Part shown: positions 38,466-48,043 of the stretch, piece after piece
Layout: every line of letters begins with the position of its first letter
Numbering within the stretch: position 1 is the stretch's first letter
Assembly (NCBI GenBank): GCA_963734495.1
Contig: CAVTHK010000001.1
Location: 736,001 to 800,000 of the forward strand
Length of the DNA: 64,000 bases
Reading direction: 5' to 3'
From: an uncultured Spirochaetota bacterium
Lineage (GTDB): Bacteria > Spirochaetota > Spirochaetia > SZUA-6 > CAVTHK01
The notes under the pieces: model-generated
Database searches by the model: none
Seen by the model: the letters and a program-made list of their open reading frames with translations, nothing else
What the model was told of the DNA's origin: nothing
Position numbers and translations under genes: made by a program

Positions 38466-41400
38466 AACTCACGGACTTCTCTCTCAAGAAGCGCACCGCG
38501 ATCTTCGTCTTCGTGGCGGTGATCACCTTCGCGGGGATCGGGGCCTACATCAACCTCCCGATCGAGTCATTCCCCGAGATCAAGCAGCCGACCGTCTTTG
38601 TCACGATCCCTTATCCGGGCGTGTCGCCCAAGGACATGGAGACCCTCGTGGCCGATCCGCTCGAGACCAGGCTCATGGAGATCTCCAAGCTCAAGACGCT
38701 CTCCTCCTCGAGCCGCGAAGGCCTCACGTCGGTCGTGGCGGAGTTCCAGCCCGACATCGCGGTCGACGAGGCGGTGCGGCAGACGCGGGAAAAGGTGGAC
38801 CAGGCGCGGTCCGACCTGCCGAACGACATCCTGGAGCCGATCGTTCAGGAGATCAACTTCGAGAACATCCCGGTCATCGTCGTGGCGGTCACCGGCGATC
38901 AGTCGCTCGTCCGTCTCAAGGAGATCGCGCAGGACCTGAAGAAGAAGCTCGAAAACATCCCCGGCGTCCTCACCGTGAACCTGACCGGCGGGCTCGAGCG
39001 CGAGATCAAGGTCAACGTGAACCCCACGGAGCTCGTCCACTACAACCTCGGCGTGGACGACGTCATCTCCGCCATCTCGCGCGAGAACATGACCATCCCG
39101 GGCGGGGCGACGGAGAGCTCGTCGCTGCGCTGGACCATCCGGGTCCCGGGTGAGCTCACGTCGCTCGACGACCTGCGGGGGCTCGTCATCGACACGCGCC
39201 ACGGCACCCCCATCTACCTGAGGGACGTCGCCATGGTTTCCTCGGGGTTCAAGGAGCCCGAGAGCGCCTCCCGCCTCAACGGGCAGCCTAGCGTGAGCCT
39301 CGCGGTGGAGAAGCGCACCGGGGAGAACATCCTCGCCCTCACCGACGCCGTCAAGGCGCTGCTCGCAAAGGAGCAGCCGGGCTTCCCCGAGGGGGCCAAG
39401 GCTGTGGTCGTCGCGGACTTTTCCCGCGAAATCCGCACCACCGTGAGCGACCTGAACAACCACCTCCTGATGGCGCTGCTGCTCGTCGTGTTCGTGCTCT
39501 ATTTCTTCATGGGCGCCCGCAACAGCCTGCTCGTCGGCCTGGCGGTTCCGCTCTCAATGTTCCTCTCGTTCCTGACCCTCAGCCTGCTGGGCCTCACGCT
39601 GAACATGATCACGCTCTTCAGCCTGATCCTGTCCCTGGGGATGCTGGTCGACGACGCGATCGTCGTCGTCGAGAACATCTACCGCCAGCACCACGAGGGC
39701 AAGAAGCTGATGGAGGCGGCTCGCGACGCCACGCGCGAGGTCGGCATCGCGGTGATCTCCTCGACGGCGACGACCGTGTTCGCCTTCGCTCCGCTGCTGT
39801 TCTGGCCGGGGATCATCGGCAATTTCATGCGCGTGCTGCCGGTGACGCTCATCATCACGCTTTCCTCGTCGCTGCTCGTGGCCCTGATGATCAGCCCCGT
39901 CTTCGCGTCCGCGTTCATCCGCCTCAAGGCATCAGGCAGGCCGCACCTGGGCGATCGGCTCCTCAACCGCTTCGGCGCGCGCTACGAGCGGATGCTCGGC
40001 TGGCTGCTCGCGAGCCGCAAGCGCCGCGGCCGCTTCCTCGCCCTGTCGGGGGCGGCCTTCGTCCTGATGCTCGTGGTGTTCGCCGTGCTCAACCACGGCG
40101 TCGAGTTCTTTCCCGACCAGGACCCCGCGCAGATCTACGTCAACGTCGAAGCGCCGCTGGGCACGCGCCTGGAGGTGTCGGACGCCGCCGTGCGCGAGAT
40201 CGAGAGGCGGCTCGCCGGGACCCCCGACGTGCGCAACGTGCTGAGCGACATCGGGACGTCGGGCAACTTCTTCGACTTCGGGGCGGGGGGCGGCACTCCG
40301 CACAAGTCGCGCGTCACCATCGATATGCTCGACAAGCCGGACCGCAAGCAGAGCTCCGTGCTCACGCTCGAGCAGGTGCGCGCGAAGGTCGCGGGCATCC
40401 CGGGCGTGCGCGTCGACGTGACCAAACCGGAAAACGGCCCGCCCACGGGACGCGCCGTGGAGGTGCGCCTCAAGGGCAAGGACCTCGCCGTCCTCGATGC
40501 GATGTCGGTGGACATCCAGAAGCGGATCGCGGGCGTGCCCGGGCTGGCGCGGCTCGACGACGACTACGAGCCCGGCAGGCCCGAGCTTCGGGTCGATATC
40601 GACCGGGTCAAGGCCGCCCTGCAGGGGCTCTCGACCGCCAAGATCGCGGGAACGATCCGCACGGCCATCAACGGAACCGTCGCCTCCAAGTACCGCGTCG
40701 GCTCCGACCAGTACGACATCACGGTGCGCTTCGACCGCGACTACCGCACGCACTACAACGACCTGCTCGACCTCACGGTGCTCCAGGACGGCGTGCACCG
40801 GCCGCTGGCCAACTTTGCCACCGTCCATCTCGCCACCGGCCTGAGCAGCATCAACCACGTCGGCGGCGAGCGGGTGATCACGGTCAGCGCCGACGCCATC
40901 GGCCGCAGCTCCGCCGAGGTGCTTGCGGAAGCGCGCAATCGCCTCGCCTCCTACGTCCCGCCGCAGGGGTACGCCCTCTCCTTCACCGGGCAGAACGAGG
41001 AGCAGGCCAAGGCGGCCAGCTTCCTCGCCAGCGCGTTCCTGATCGCCATGTCCCTGATCTTCCTCATGCTCGTCGTGCAGTTCGACTCGGTGACCGTGCC
41101 GTTCGTGATCATGGCCACGGTCCCGCTTTCCCTGTTCGGGGCCTTCTTCGGGCTGCTGGTGACGTTCAAGCCGTTCGGCATCATCATGACCGGAGTCGGC
41201 ATCATCTCGCTCGCCGGCGTGGTCGTGAAGAACGCGATCGTGCTCATCGAGTACACCCGCCAGCTTCGCGAGCGCGGGCTTCCCAAGGCCGAGGCGATCG
41301 TGCGCGCCGGCCGCACCAGGCTGCGGCCCGTTCTGCTCACCGCCATCACGGCCATCCTCGGCCTGATCCCCCTCACGACGGGGATCGCCATCGAGTTCAC

Positions 41401-41659
41401 CAAAGTGTTCCAGGGGAACTTCCACCGGCTGATCACGTTCGGCGCCGAGAGCGCCGACTTCTGGAGCGGGATGGGCGTGGTCGTCATCTTCGGGCTCATG
41501 TTCGCCACGGTGCTCACCCTCGTGGTCGTGCCGGTGATGTACTACGCGCTCGCCGACCTGCCGCAGGCGATCGGCGATCGGCTCGCCCGCCGGCGCGCAC
41601 GCCGCGAGGCGGCGCAGGCGGAGCGCACGGAAAAGGAGAACGGGGAGATGTCGGCGTAA
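38462..41659 (+). CDS. RND efflux permease (AcrB/AcrD/AcrF family)
   Basis: GMLVDDAIVVVENI, GVVVKNAIVL, RLRPVLLT; ATGA overlap. Confidence 0.93.
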   Translation: MKLTDFSLKKRTAIFVFVAVITFAGIGAYINLPIESFPEIKQPTVFVTIPYPGVSPKDMETLVADPLETRLMEISKLKTLSSSSREGLTSVVAEFQPDIAVDEAVRQTREKVDQARSDLPNDILEPIVQEINFENIPVIVVAVTGDQSLVRLKEIAQDLKKKLENIPGVLTVNLTGGLEREIKVNVNPTELVHYNLGVDDVISAISRENMTIPGGATESSSLRWTIRVPGELTSLDDLRGLVIDTRHGTPIYLRDVAMVSSGFKEPESASRLNGQPSVSLAVEKRTGENILALTDAVKALLAKEQPGFPEGAKAVVVADFSREIRTTVSDLNNHLLMALLLVVFVLYFFMGARNSLLVGLAVPLSMFLSFLTLSLLGLTLNMITLFSLILSLGMLVDDAIVVVENIYRQHHEGKKLMEAARDATREVGIAVISSTATTVFAFAPLLFWPGIIGNFMRVLPVTLIITLSSSLLVALMISPVFASAFIRLKASGRPHLGDRLLNRFGARYERMLGWLLASRKRRGRFLALSGAAFVLMLVVFAVLNHGVEFFPDQDPAQIYVNVEAPLGTRLEVSDAAVREIERRLAGTPDVRNVLSDIGTSGNFFDFGAGGGTPHKSRVTIDMLDKPDRKQSSVLTLEQVRAKVAGIPGVRVDVTKPENGPPTGRAVEVRLKGKDLAVLDAMSVDIQKRIAGVPGLARLDDDYEPGRPELRVDIDRVKAALQGLSTAKIAGTIRTAINGTVASKYRVGSDQYDITVRFDRDYRTHYNDLLDLTVLQDGVHRPLANFATVHLATGLSSINHVGGERVITVSADAIGRSSAEVLAEARNRLASYVPPQGYALSFTGQNEEQAKAASFLASAFLIAMSLIFLMLVVQFDSVTVPFVIMATVPLSLFGAFFGLLVTFKPFGIIMTGVGIISLAGVVVKNAIVLIEYTRQLRERGLPKAEAIVRAGRTRLRPVLLTAITAILGLIPLTTGIAIEFTKVFQGNFHRLITFGAESADFWSGMGVVVIFGLMFATVLTLVVVPVMYYALADLPQAIGDRLARRRARREAAQAERTEKENGEMSA

Positions 41660-41668
41660 CGACTATTT

Positions 41669-41680
41669 GTGCACGTGCAC
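41669..41680. promoter_or_regulatory. Palindromic operator candidate upstream of the solute-binding protein
   Basis: Perfect 12-bp palindrome GTGCACGTGCAC with central CG, LacI-like. Confidence 0.5.
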
Positions 41681-41776
41681 CCGCGCTGTCAATCGTGTAC
41701 TCTGGCGCAGGTAGTTGGCGGGAGAGACCGCCCGCGCAGGCGGCCGAGCTGAACTACCCGAAAGAGAAGGACAGCG

Positions 41777-43427
41777 ATGAGAAGGTTGGGTGCGCTGAGC
41801 ACGATCATGATGCTCGCGGCGGCTCTGCTGTGGGCCGGCGGCGCGCAGGACAAGCCCGCGCCGCAGGCTTCCGGCGAGCAGAAGCCCGCGGGAAAGGGCG
41901 CGCACTGGATCGCCGACAACGTGGCGATCACCTATTGGACCGAAATCGCTGCCCGCACGGCGGCGACTCGCGCCAGCCACAACGAGATTCCCGTCTACCA
42001 GGAAGCCGAGAAGATCACGGGCATCAAGGTCAAGTTTCTCCATCCGCCCGCGGCCCAGGTGACCGAGCAGTTCAACCTGATGATCGCCTCCGGCGATTAC
42101 CCTGACGTCATCTACTGGGGCTGGATGGACTTTCCCGGAGGGCCGGAGAAGGCCATCGCCGACAAGGTCATCATCAAGCTCAATGACCTGGTCGCCAGGA
42201 ACGCACGTGATTTCGCGGGGTTCGTCAACGGCCGGCCCGACATAGGCCGCAAGATCATCACCGATCAGGGCAGCCTGTACCTGTTTCCGAACCTGACGCC
42301 CTGGATCAAGGACCCGGCCGAAAGCTGGCAGCGGTTCTCCACCGGGCCGATGTTCCGCGGCGACTGGCTGACCGAGATGGGACTGCAGCCGCCCAAGACG
42401 CTCGACGAGTGGGAGACGGTTCTCACGGCGTTCAAGAAGCGGGGCGACAACATCATCCCGCTGGCCGCGCTGCCCAACGGCGGGCTCAAGGCGATCAGCG
42501 GGCTGCGCTGGATGATGTGCGCGTGGGGCTCCAACTACGAGCCTTACGTCGTCGACGGCAAGGTCCACTACGGTTTCGCGGAGCCGGAATACAAGGACTA
42601 CCTCACGGTGATGAACCGCTGGTACAAGGCCGGGCTGATCGACAAGGACTTCGTCAGCCGCGAGTACAATCAGGTCAGGGGCATGATCGCCGAAGGCCGC
42701 GTCGGCGCCTTCTGGGGAAGGCTCAACTCCGAGATGGGAGGGTTCACGCCCCTCGGCCGCAAGGGCAACCCGAACTTCAAGCTGGTCCTGGCGCCGTGGC
42801 CCTACGCGAAAGACGGCAAGAGCTACCACATGCACGGCTCGGGCGGCAACGACTTCGACGGGTCGGGCGCCGCGATCACCACGAAGAACAAGCACCCGGT
42901 GGAAACGGTCAAGTGGCTGAACTTCTGGTGGACCGAAGACGGCCACAACCTCGGGAACTTCGGCATCGAAGGCCTCACCTACAACTGGGTCAACGGCTTC
43001 CCCAAGTACACTGACCTCGTGATGAAGAACCCGGACGGCCTGTCGGTCGTCAACGCCCTCAGCAAGTACGCCCCGGACGGTGGGATGGGCCGCTTCTGGA
43101 AGCAGGACGCCCGCTACTGGGAGCAGATGATGTCCTTCCCTGAGCAGTACGAGGGAGGGAAGCTCATGGCCAGCACCGGAGACATCAGCCGCGCCATGCC
43201 TGCGGCCACTCCCGACTGCCGAGGAGTCCAAGGAGCTGGCGGCGATCCTGTCCGAGGTGACGACCTACCGCGACGAGATGTTCGTCAAGTTCGTGGTGGG
43301 CCTCGAGCCGCTCGCCGGGTTCGACGAATACCTGAAAAGGATCAACGCCATGGGAGTGCCGAAGGCGCTGGCGATCCAGCAGGCCTCCCTCGATCGTTTC
43401 GCCAAGAGACCGGTCCCGAAGTTCTGA
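41777..43427 (+). CDS. Extracellular solute-binding protein family 1 (paralog of 2054..3700), frameshift near 43211
   Basis: Signal peptide ..LWAGGAQD; EQFNLMIASGDYPD, FPGGPEKAI; C-terminus (TAEESKEL..EMFVKFVVG) continues in another frame. Confidence 0.88.
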
Positions 43428-43501
43428 TCTGACGCGCCCCGCGGCCGCAGCGTGCCTCCCGCTTGATGAGCGACCGGCCGCGGGGTACCTTCACCGTTGC
43501 C

Positions 43502-44294
43502 GTGAGATCGAACATCCTCGCCGCGTGCGCGCTCGCGTGCCTCGTTCCGGCGCGCGTGGTGCGCGCCCATAGACGCGCTGTTTTCCCGGGAGACGGTCGC
43601 CGAGCTCGAGGCTTCGGGCGGCGCGAAGCGCGCGTTCCGCGGGGCCGAGGGGCTCGCCCTGTTCCCGCGCCTGGCGGTGCGCGACGAAGTGAGCCGGCGG
43701 GTCGCCGCCCTCGACCCGACGGTCGGAGTCGAGATGGTCCTCTCCTACCGCCCTCCCGAGGGCCCGGCCGGCGGCGACCCGAGGACGATCTACAACGCGC
43801 TCCACGCCGTGAGCAGCCTCAAGGGCATCGAGTACTTCTCGGTCTCGCGGGGCCGGGTCGACACGCTCTTCCACGACGCCGCGTTCGTCGACTCGTCCGC
43901 GGGCGGGGAGAGGCTTCCGGACCCCAGGCTGGACTCAGCGCCCGTGGACGGGTTGCGGGAGAGCCGGTTCGCCTCGTTCGACGACGCCTCGTTCGGCCGC
44001 TACGTCGTCGAGGTGGGCTACGAGGTCCGCGAGGGATCATTTGTCCTGAGCATGGAGAACGTCGGCGCCATCCGGAAGGTCCTGATCCCGTTCGTTCAGC
44101 CGCGCGAGCTTCTGAGCACGATCGTCGTGATGCCCCTCGACGACCGCATCGTCGTGTACGGATTCTCCTGCGTGCACGCGCTGAACATCTTCGGCCTCGC
44201 CGAGCGGATCGGCGCCGAGTCCTTCTCCAACAGGCTCGCCGCGCTGATGCGCTGGTTTCAGGCCACCTATGAGGCGACCTACAAATCGCAGTAG
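43502..44294 (+). CDS. Secreted conserved hypothetical protein (DUF6675-like), frameshift near 43555
   Basis: Signal-like start; IYNALHAVSSLKGIEYFSVSRG..TLFHDA, SFSNRLAALMRWF. Confidence 0.6.
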
Positions 44295-44383
44295 AGCCGC
44301 CGCCGGCAGAGTGAGCGGCGGACGCGGCCGGGGCGGGCAGGTCCCTCTCGACGCTCCCGCTGCCGTGGTAGTAGCTTCACGGA

Positions 44384-45226
44384 ATGCAATACAGTGACAT
44401 GCTCGGGCGTGCCGATCTGCAGCCGACCGCAGCCTCGCGCTTGCGGGGGGCCGCCGTGAGGATCGCGCTCCTTGTCGTCGGGCTCCTGTCCCTCGTCGAC
44501 CGCCCGGCACCGGCCCAGGGGCTCAGGCTCGACCCGCTGACGGACGGCATCCTGCTGGGCGTCGGGCTTCCGTACGCCGGCGTGACGGAGTACCTGGTGC
44601 GCACGAGCACCCGCGACGTGCTCGGCACGCCCGACCGTTCCGACGTCAACGCCTTCGATCGCCTCGCGATCTTCGATTACTCGTCGGGGCTCAACACGAC
44701 GGCGGACGTCGTGATGTTCACCACAATGCTCGCGCCGGGCGCGTTCGGCTTTCTGCTGCCCTTCGACGACACGGTCACCGCCGGCGTGATCTACATCGAG
44801 ACTCTCGCGTTCGCGGATGCCGCCAAGAACACCTTCAAGCTGCTGTTCGCCCGCTACCGGCCGTACATGTACACCGGCGGCGCGTCCAACGTCGAATCGC
44901 GCGAGAACGACCAGAGCTTCCTCTCCGGCGACTCCACGATGGCGTTCGCGGCGGCCACGGCCACCGTGTACCTGTTCTCGGTCTACTTCCCCGGCTCGCC
45001 CTGGATGGTTCCGCTGGCGGCGGGAGCCTACGGGCTCGCCACGCTCACGGCGACGCTGCGCGTCGTGGCGGGCATGCACTTCATGACCGACGTGGCCGCG
45101 GGCGCCGTGCTGGGGACCGCGATCGGATACGGGATCCCGTACCTCCACCGGACCGTCAGGGCCGCGAACGACCGGCTCGCCCTGAACGTGCTCCCCGGCG
45201 GGCTCCTGATGACCTACCGGTACTAG
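44384..45226 (+). CDS. PAP2 family phosphatase-like membrane protein (start uncertain)
   Basis: K......RP, SFLSGDS, RVVAGMHFMTDV. Confidence 0.8.
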   Translation: MQYSDMLGRADLQPTAASRLRGAAVRIALLVVGLLSLVDRPAPAQGLRLDPLTDGILLGVGLPYAGVTEYLVRTSTRDVLGTPDRSDVNAFDRLAIFDYSSGLNTTADVVMFTTMLAPGAFGFLLPFDDTVTAGVIYIETLAFADAAKNTFKLLFARYRPYMYTGGASNVESRENDQSFLSGDSTMAFAAATATVYLFSVYFPGSPWMVPLAAGAYGLATLTATLRVVAGMHFMTDVAAGAVLGTAIGYGIPYLHRTVRAANDRLALNVLPGGLLMTYRY

Positions 45227-45312
45227 GCCGGCCGCGGTCCGCCGCGGCCAGACAACCGGCACCGGCGCGAGCGACGGCCCGCCGAAGCGCGACGCTCGAG
45301 GCGGCGCGAAAA

Positions 45313-45341
45313 TTGACACTGCCGCGGCCGTCGTCTACATT
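45313..45341 (+). promoter_or_regulatory. Sigma70-type promoter, near-leaderless
   Basis: TTGACA-17 nt-TACATT, 10 nt before ATG 45352. Confidence 0.75.
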
Positions 45342-45351
45342 GGCGTCGGTT

Positions 45352-47001
45352 ATGCCGGTGGGCAGAGTTCTGGACCTCGTACGGCGCAAGGCGGTCGCCA
45401 TCGGATCCGGAAAGGGAGGGGTCGGCAAGTCCACCACGGCCGTCAACCTTGCGCTCTACTATGCGCGCAAGGGCAAACGGGTCGCGCTCATCGATCTGGA
45501 CCCCCTTTCCGATATCGCCACCATCCTCGATCTCAACCCGGCCGAAGCGGTGCTCACCGGCGGCAACGGCTCGGCCGGCCGGGGCGGGCTCGAGGCGCAG
45601 GTCAACCGCGTCTTCAACAACCTGGACCTCATCTTCCCGAGACCCAAGCTCGAAGGGAAGGATCGCGAGCGCGCGCTCCAGAGGCTCTTCGGCGAGTTCC
45701 TGCAGAAGGCCGGCAGGAGCTACGACGTGCTGCTCATGGACCTGCCGGCGGGCAACCGCTACGAGGACAACCTGGTCTACCTCCCGTTCACCGCGAACCT
45801 GGTCGTCGTGACGAATGCCGAGCCGACGGCGCACGTATCCACGGGCGGCTACCTCCGCAGCGTGCTCGAGCTCGAGCGGCCGCCGGCGATCGGGCTGTGG
45901 CACAACCGGTACGCGGCGCTCGCGGACGCGGACTTCGACCCCCGCGACGTGATCGGCAACTACAACCGCAACGTGCCCGACGAGCTGCGGATCCCCGACG
46001 GCGCGGCCGGCCGGGTCGATGACCTGGGCTTCGTGCCGAGGGACCCGGCCCTCGACCTGCTGCAGGCCAATCCGTCGATCCTCATCAACGTCTACAGGCG
46101 GATGCTCGACATGGTGGAGGTGATCCAGCAGCAGCGCCTCACGAACCTGCTCTCCGAGCTGCAGCTCGCCGGCCGCAGCCTGGAGCTGGTGCGCTACTAC
46201 CTGCGCGCGAACCCCGAGATCGGCGACCTCGACGCCTGTCTCGACTCCCTGCTCGGCTACATGGACCGCATCACCGCCGACGACCAGCGCCCGCAGCGCA
46301 CGCCGGCCGGCTCGGGCCTCATGCGGCGCGCGTTCCGCGGGGTGCTCGACGTCGTGCGGCGCGACAGGCTGCGGGAGTTCCTGATCGGGCTTGCGAAGCT
46401 GCTCCAGGAGGAGATCGGGCGCCAGGAGGAGGCGCGCCGCCCGTTCGCGGCGGGCACGCCCGTTCCCGCGAGCCGGGCGATCGACCGCCGCATGAGCCGG
46501 CTGCTGATGTACCTGAACCTGAGCGCCGCCGAGCTCGGCGACGTTCTGCACGGCAGCGCCGGCGTCCTCCTGGTCTACTTCGCGCTCTACAAGCTGCTGC
46601 AGTCGCGCAGCATCCTCCGCGTGATCTCGGAGTTCATCCCGAAGAAGGCGAGCACGCGGGGCTCGCGCGTGCGCAACCGGCGCGAGCAGATCCGCGCCCT
46701 CGTGGAGAACAGCCAGGACTATCGCAGGAGATTCTTCACCCTGGTCAAGGCGCTGTACCCCGTCTACAACCGTCAGGTCGCCGCGATCGTGCAGACCTTC
46801 GACCTGCAGAAGCTGGTGCTGCGCAACGAAAAGGGCGGAGTCAAGCGCGACGCCTACCTCAAGCTGCTCGTGAGCTTCCTCCACGACTCGCTGAACTGCG
46901 GTCTGAGCGTGATCGTCGGTTTCAGCCACAGACCCGCGTCGCGGGCGTTCGCCCAGGGCGCGGACAGGCTGCTTGCGCGCATCGAGCGCGGCGGCGCGTA
47001 G
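45352..47001 (+). CDS. MinD/FlhG/ParA-type ATPase with long C-terminal helical extension
   Basis: Deviant Walker A GKGGVGKST, IDLDP, MDLPAG, EPTA. Confidence 0.8.
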   Translation: MPVGRVLDLVRRKAVAIGSGKGGVGKSTTAVNLALYYARKGKRVALIDLDPLSDIATILDLNPAEAVLTGGNGSAGRGGLEAQVNRVFNNLDLIFPRPKLEGKDRERALQRLFGEFLQKAGRSYDVLLMDLPAGNRYEDNLVYLPFTANLVVVTNAEPTAHVSTGGYLRSVLELERPPAIGLWHNRYAALADADFDPRDVIGNYNRNVPDELRIPDGAAGRVDDLGFVPRDPALDLLQANPSILINVYRRMLDMVEVIQQQRLTNLLSELQLAGRSLELVRYYLRANPEIGDLDACLDSLLGYMDRITADDQRPQRTPAGSGLMRRAFRGVLDVVRRDRLREFLIGLAKLLQEEIGRQEEARRPFAAGTPVPASRAIDRRMSRLLMYLNLSAAELGDVLHGSAGVLLVYFALYKLLQSRSILRVISEFIPKKASTRGSRVRNRREQIRALVENSQDYRRRFFTLVKALYPVYNRQVAAIVQTFDLQKLVLRNEKGGVKRDAYLKLLVSFLHDSLNCGLSVIVGFSHRPASRAFAQGADRLLARIERGGA

Positions 47002-47032
47002 GGGACCGGCGAGCTTGCGGCAGGCCGCCGGT

Positions 47033-47881
47033 CTACGGCGTGTCCCGCCAGCTGTGGCGCGGCTTCCAGCCGAAGAACTGGTTCATCTTCGAACAGTCGA
47101 AGGCCGACTGGAAGTCGCCGTGGCCGGCGGCGAATCTGCCTTCCTTCCCATACCTCGTCTTGACCGCCTGGCGGATCGGCACTTCGATGCACGTGTCGGC
47201 TGCCGCGATGAGGAAGACCTCGTGCCCGGTGCTCGTGCCCTCGAGCGCCGCGCGGAAGGCCCAGCCGACGTCGCGGGCGTCGATGTAGCTCCAGAAGTTG
47301 GCGCTGCCCGGGCCGGGGAACTCGCGCCGGCGGGGACCGAGCATCGCCACGGAGAGCTCGGGCGGGATCACGTTGTTGATGCGCAGGCTGCAGATCGCCA
47401 TGCCTGGATAGCGCAGAACCATCGAGTCAGCGATGATCTCGCCGAGGTACTTGCTGAGGGCGTAGGCGTTGGGCGAGTCGACCCTGTCTTCCTCTTTGAA
47501 GGGGAAACGGGGCGGCAGCTCCTCGGTGGTGAGCCACCCGGTGGCCATCTCGCTGCTGGCATAGATGAGGCGCGAGACTCCGAAATCCCCGGCCGCCTGC
47601 ATGACGTGATAGGTCTGCGTCACGTTCCCGACGAATGTGCCCTGCCGCGACCAGCCGCTCGGCGACGGGTTGGCCGCGAGGTGGCAGACCCCTTCGGGCC
47701 GCACCTGGGCGAAGGCGTCGTAGACCTCCCCGGCGTCGGTCAGGTCGATGCGGATGAGCTTTCCCGGAAGCCCTTCGAGCGCGGCGCGGTCGAGGTTGGT
47801 TACGTCGTGGCCCGCTTCCGCGAGCTCACGCACGACATGGCGGCCGGCCTTGCCGCTTCCGCCCGTCACGATCACTTTCAT
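47033..47881 (-). CDS. NAD-dependent epimerase/dehydratase (extended SDR)
   Basis: VTGGSGKAG, HLAA, YASS, YALSK, YIDARD. Confidence 0.88.
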   Translation of the reverse strand: MKVIVTGGSGKAGRHVVRELAEAGHDVTNLDRAALEGLPGKLIRIDLTDAGEVYDAFAQVRPEGVCHLAANPSPSGWSRQGTFVGNVTQTYHVMQAAGDFGVSRLIYASSEMATGWLTTEELPPRFPFKEEDRVDSPNAYALSKYLGEIIADSMVLRYPGMAICSLRINNVIPPELSVAMLGPRRREFPGPGSANFWSYIDARDVGWAFRAALEGTSTGHEVFLIAAADTCIEVPIRQAVKTRYGKEGRFAAGHGDFQSAFDCSKMNQFFGWKPRHSWRDTP

Positions 47882-48043
47882 TGGCATCCTCCGCAGCCCG
47901 CGCGCGCGGGCTCCGCCCCGCTCCGCCGGGCTATGGCCGAAGGTACGACCCGGCCCGAGGCCCGGTCAAGAAGCTTCAGGGAACGGGGGCGGCGCCCCTA
48001 TCGCTGCAGGTTGGCCGGGGCGCCGGCAGTGCCGGCCGCTGCG

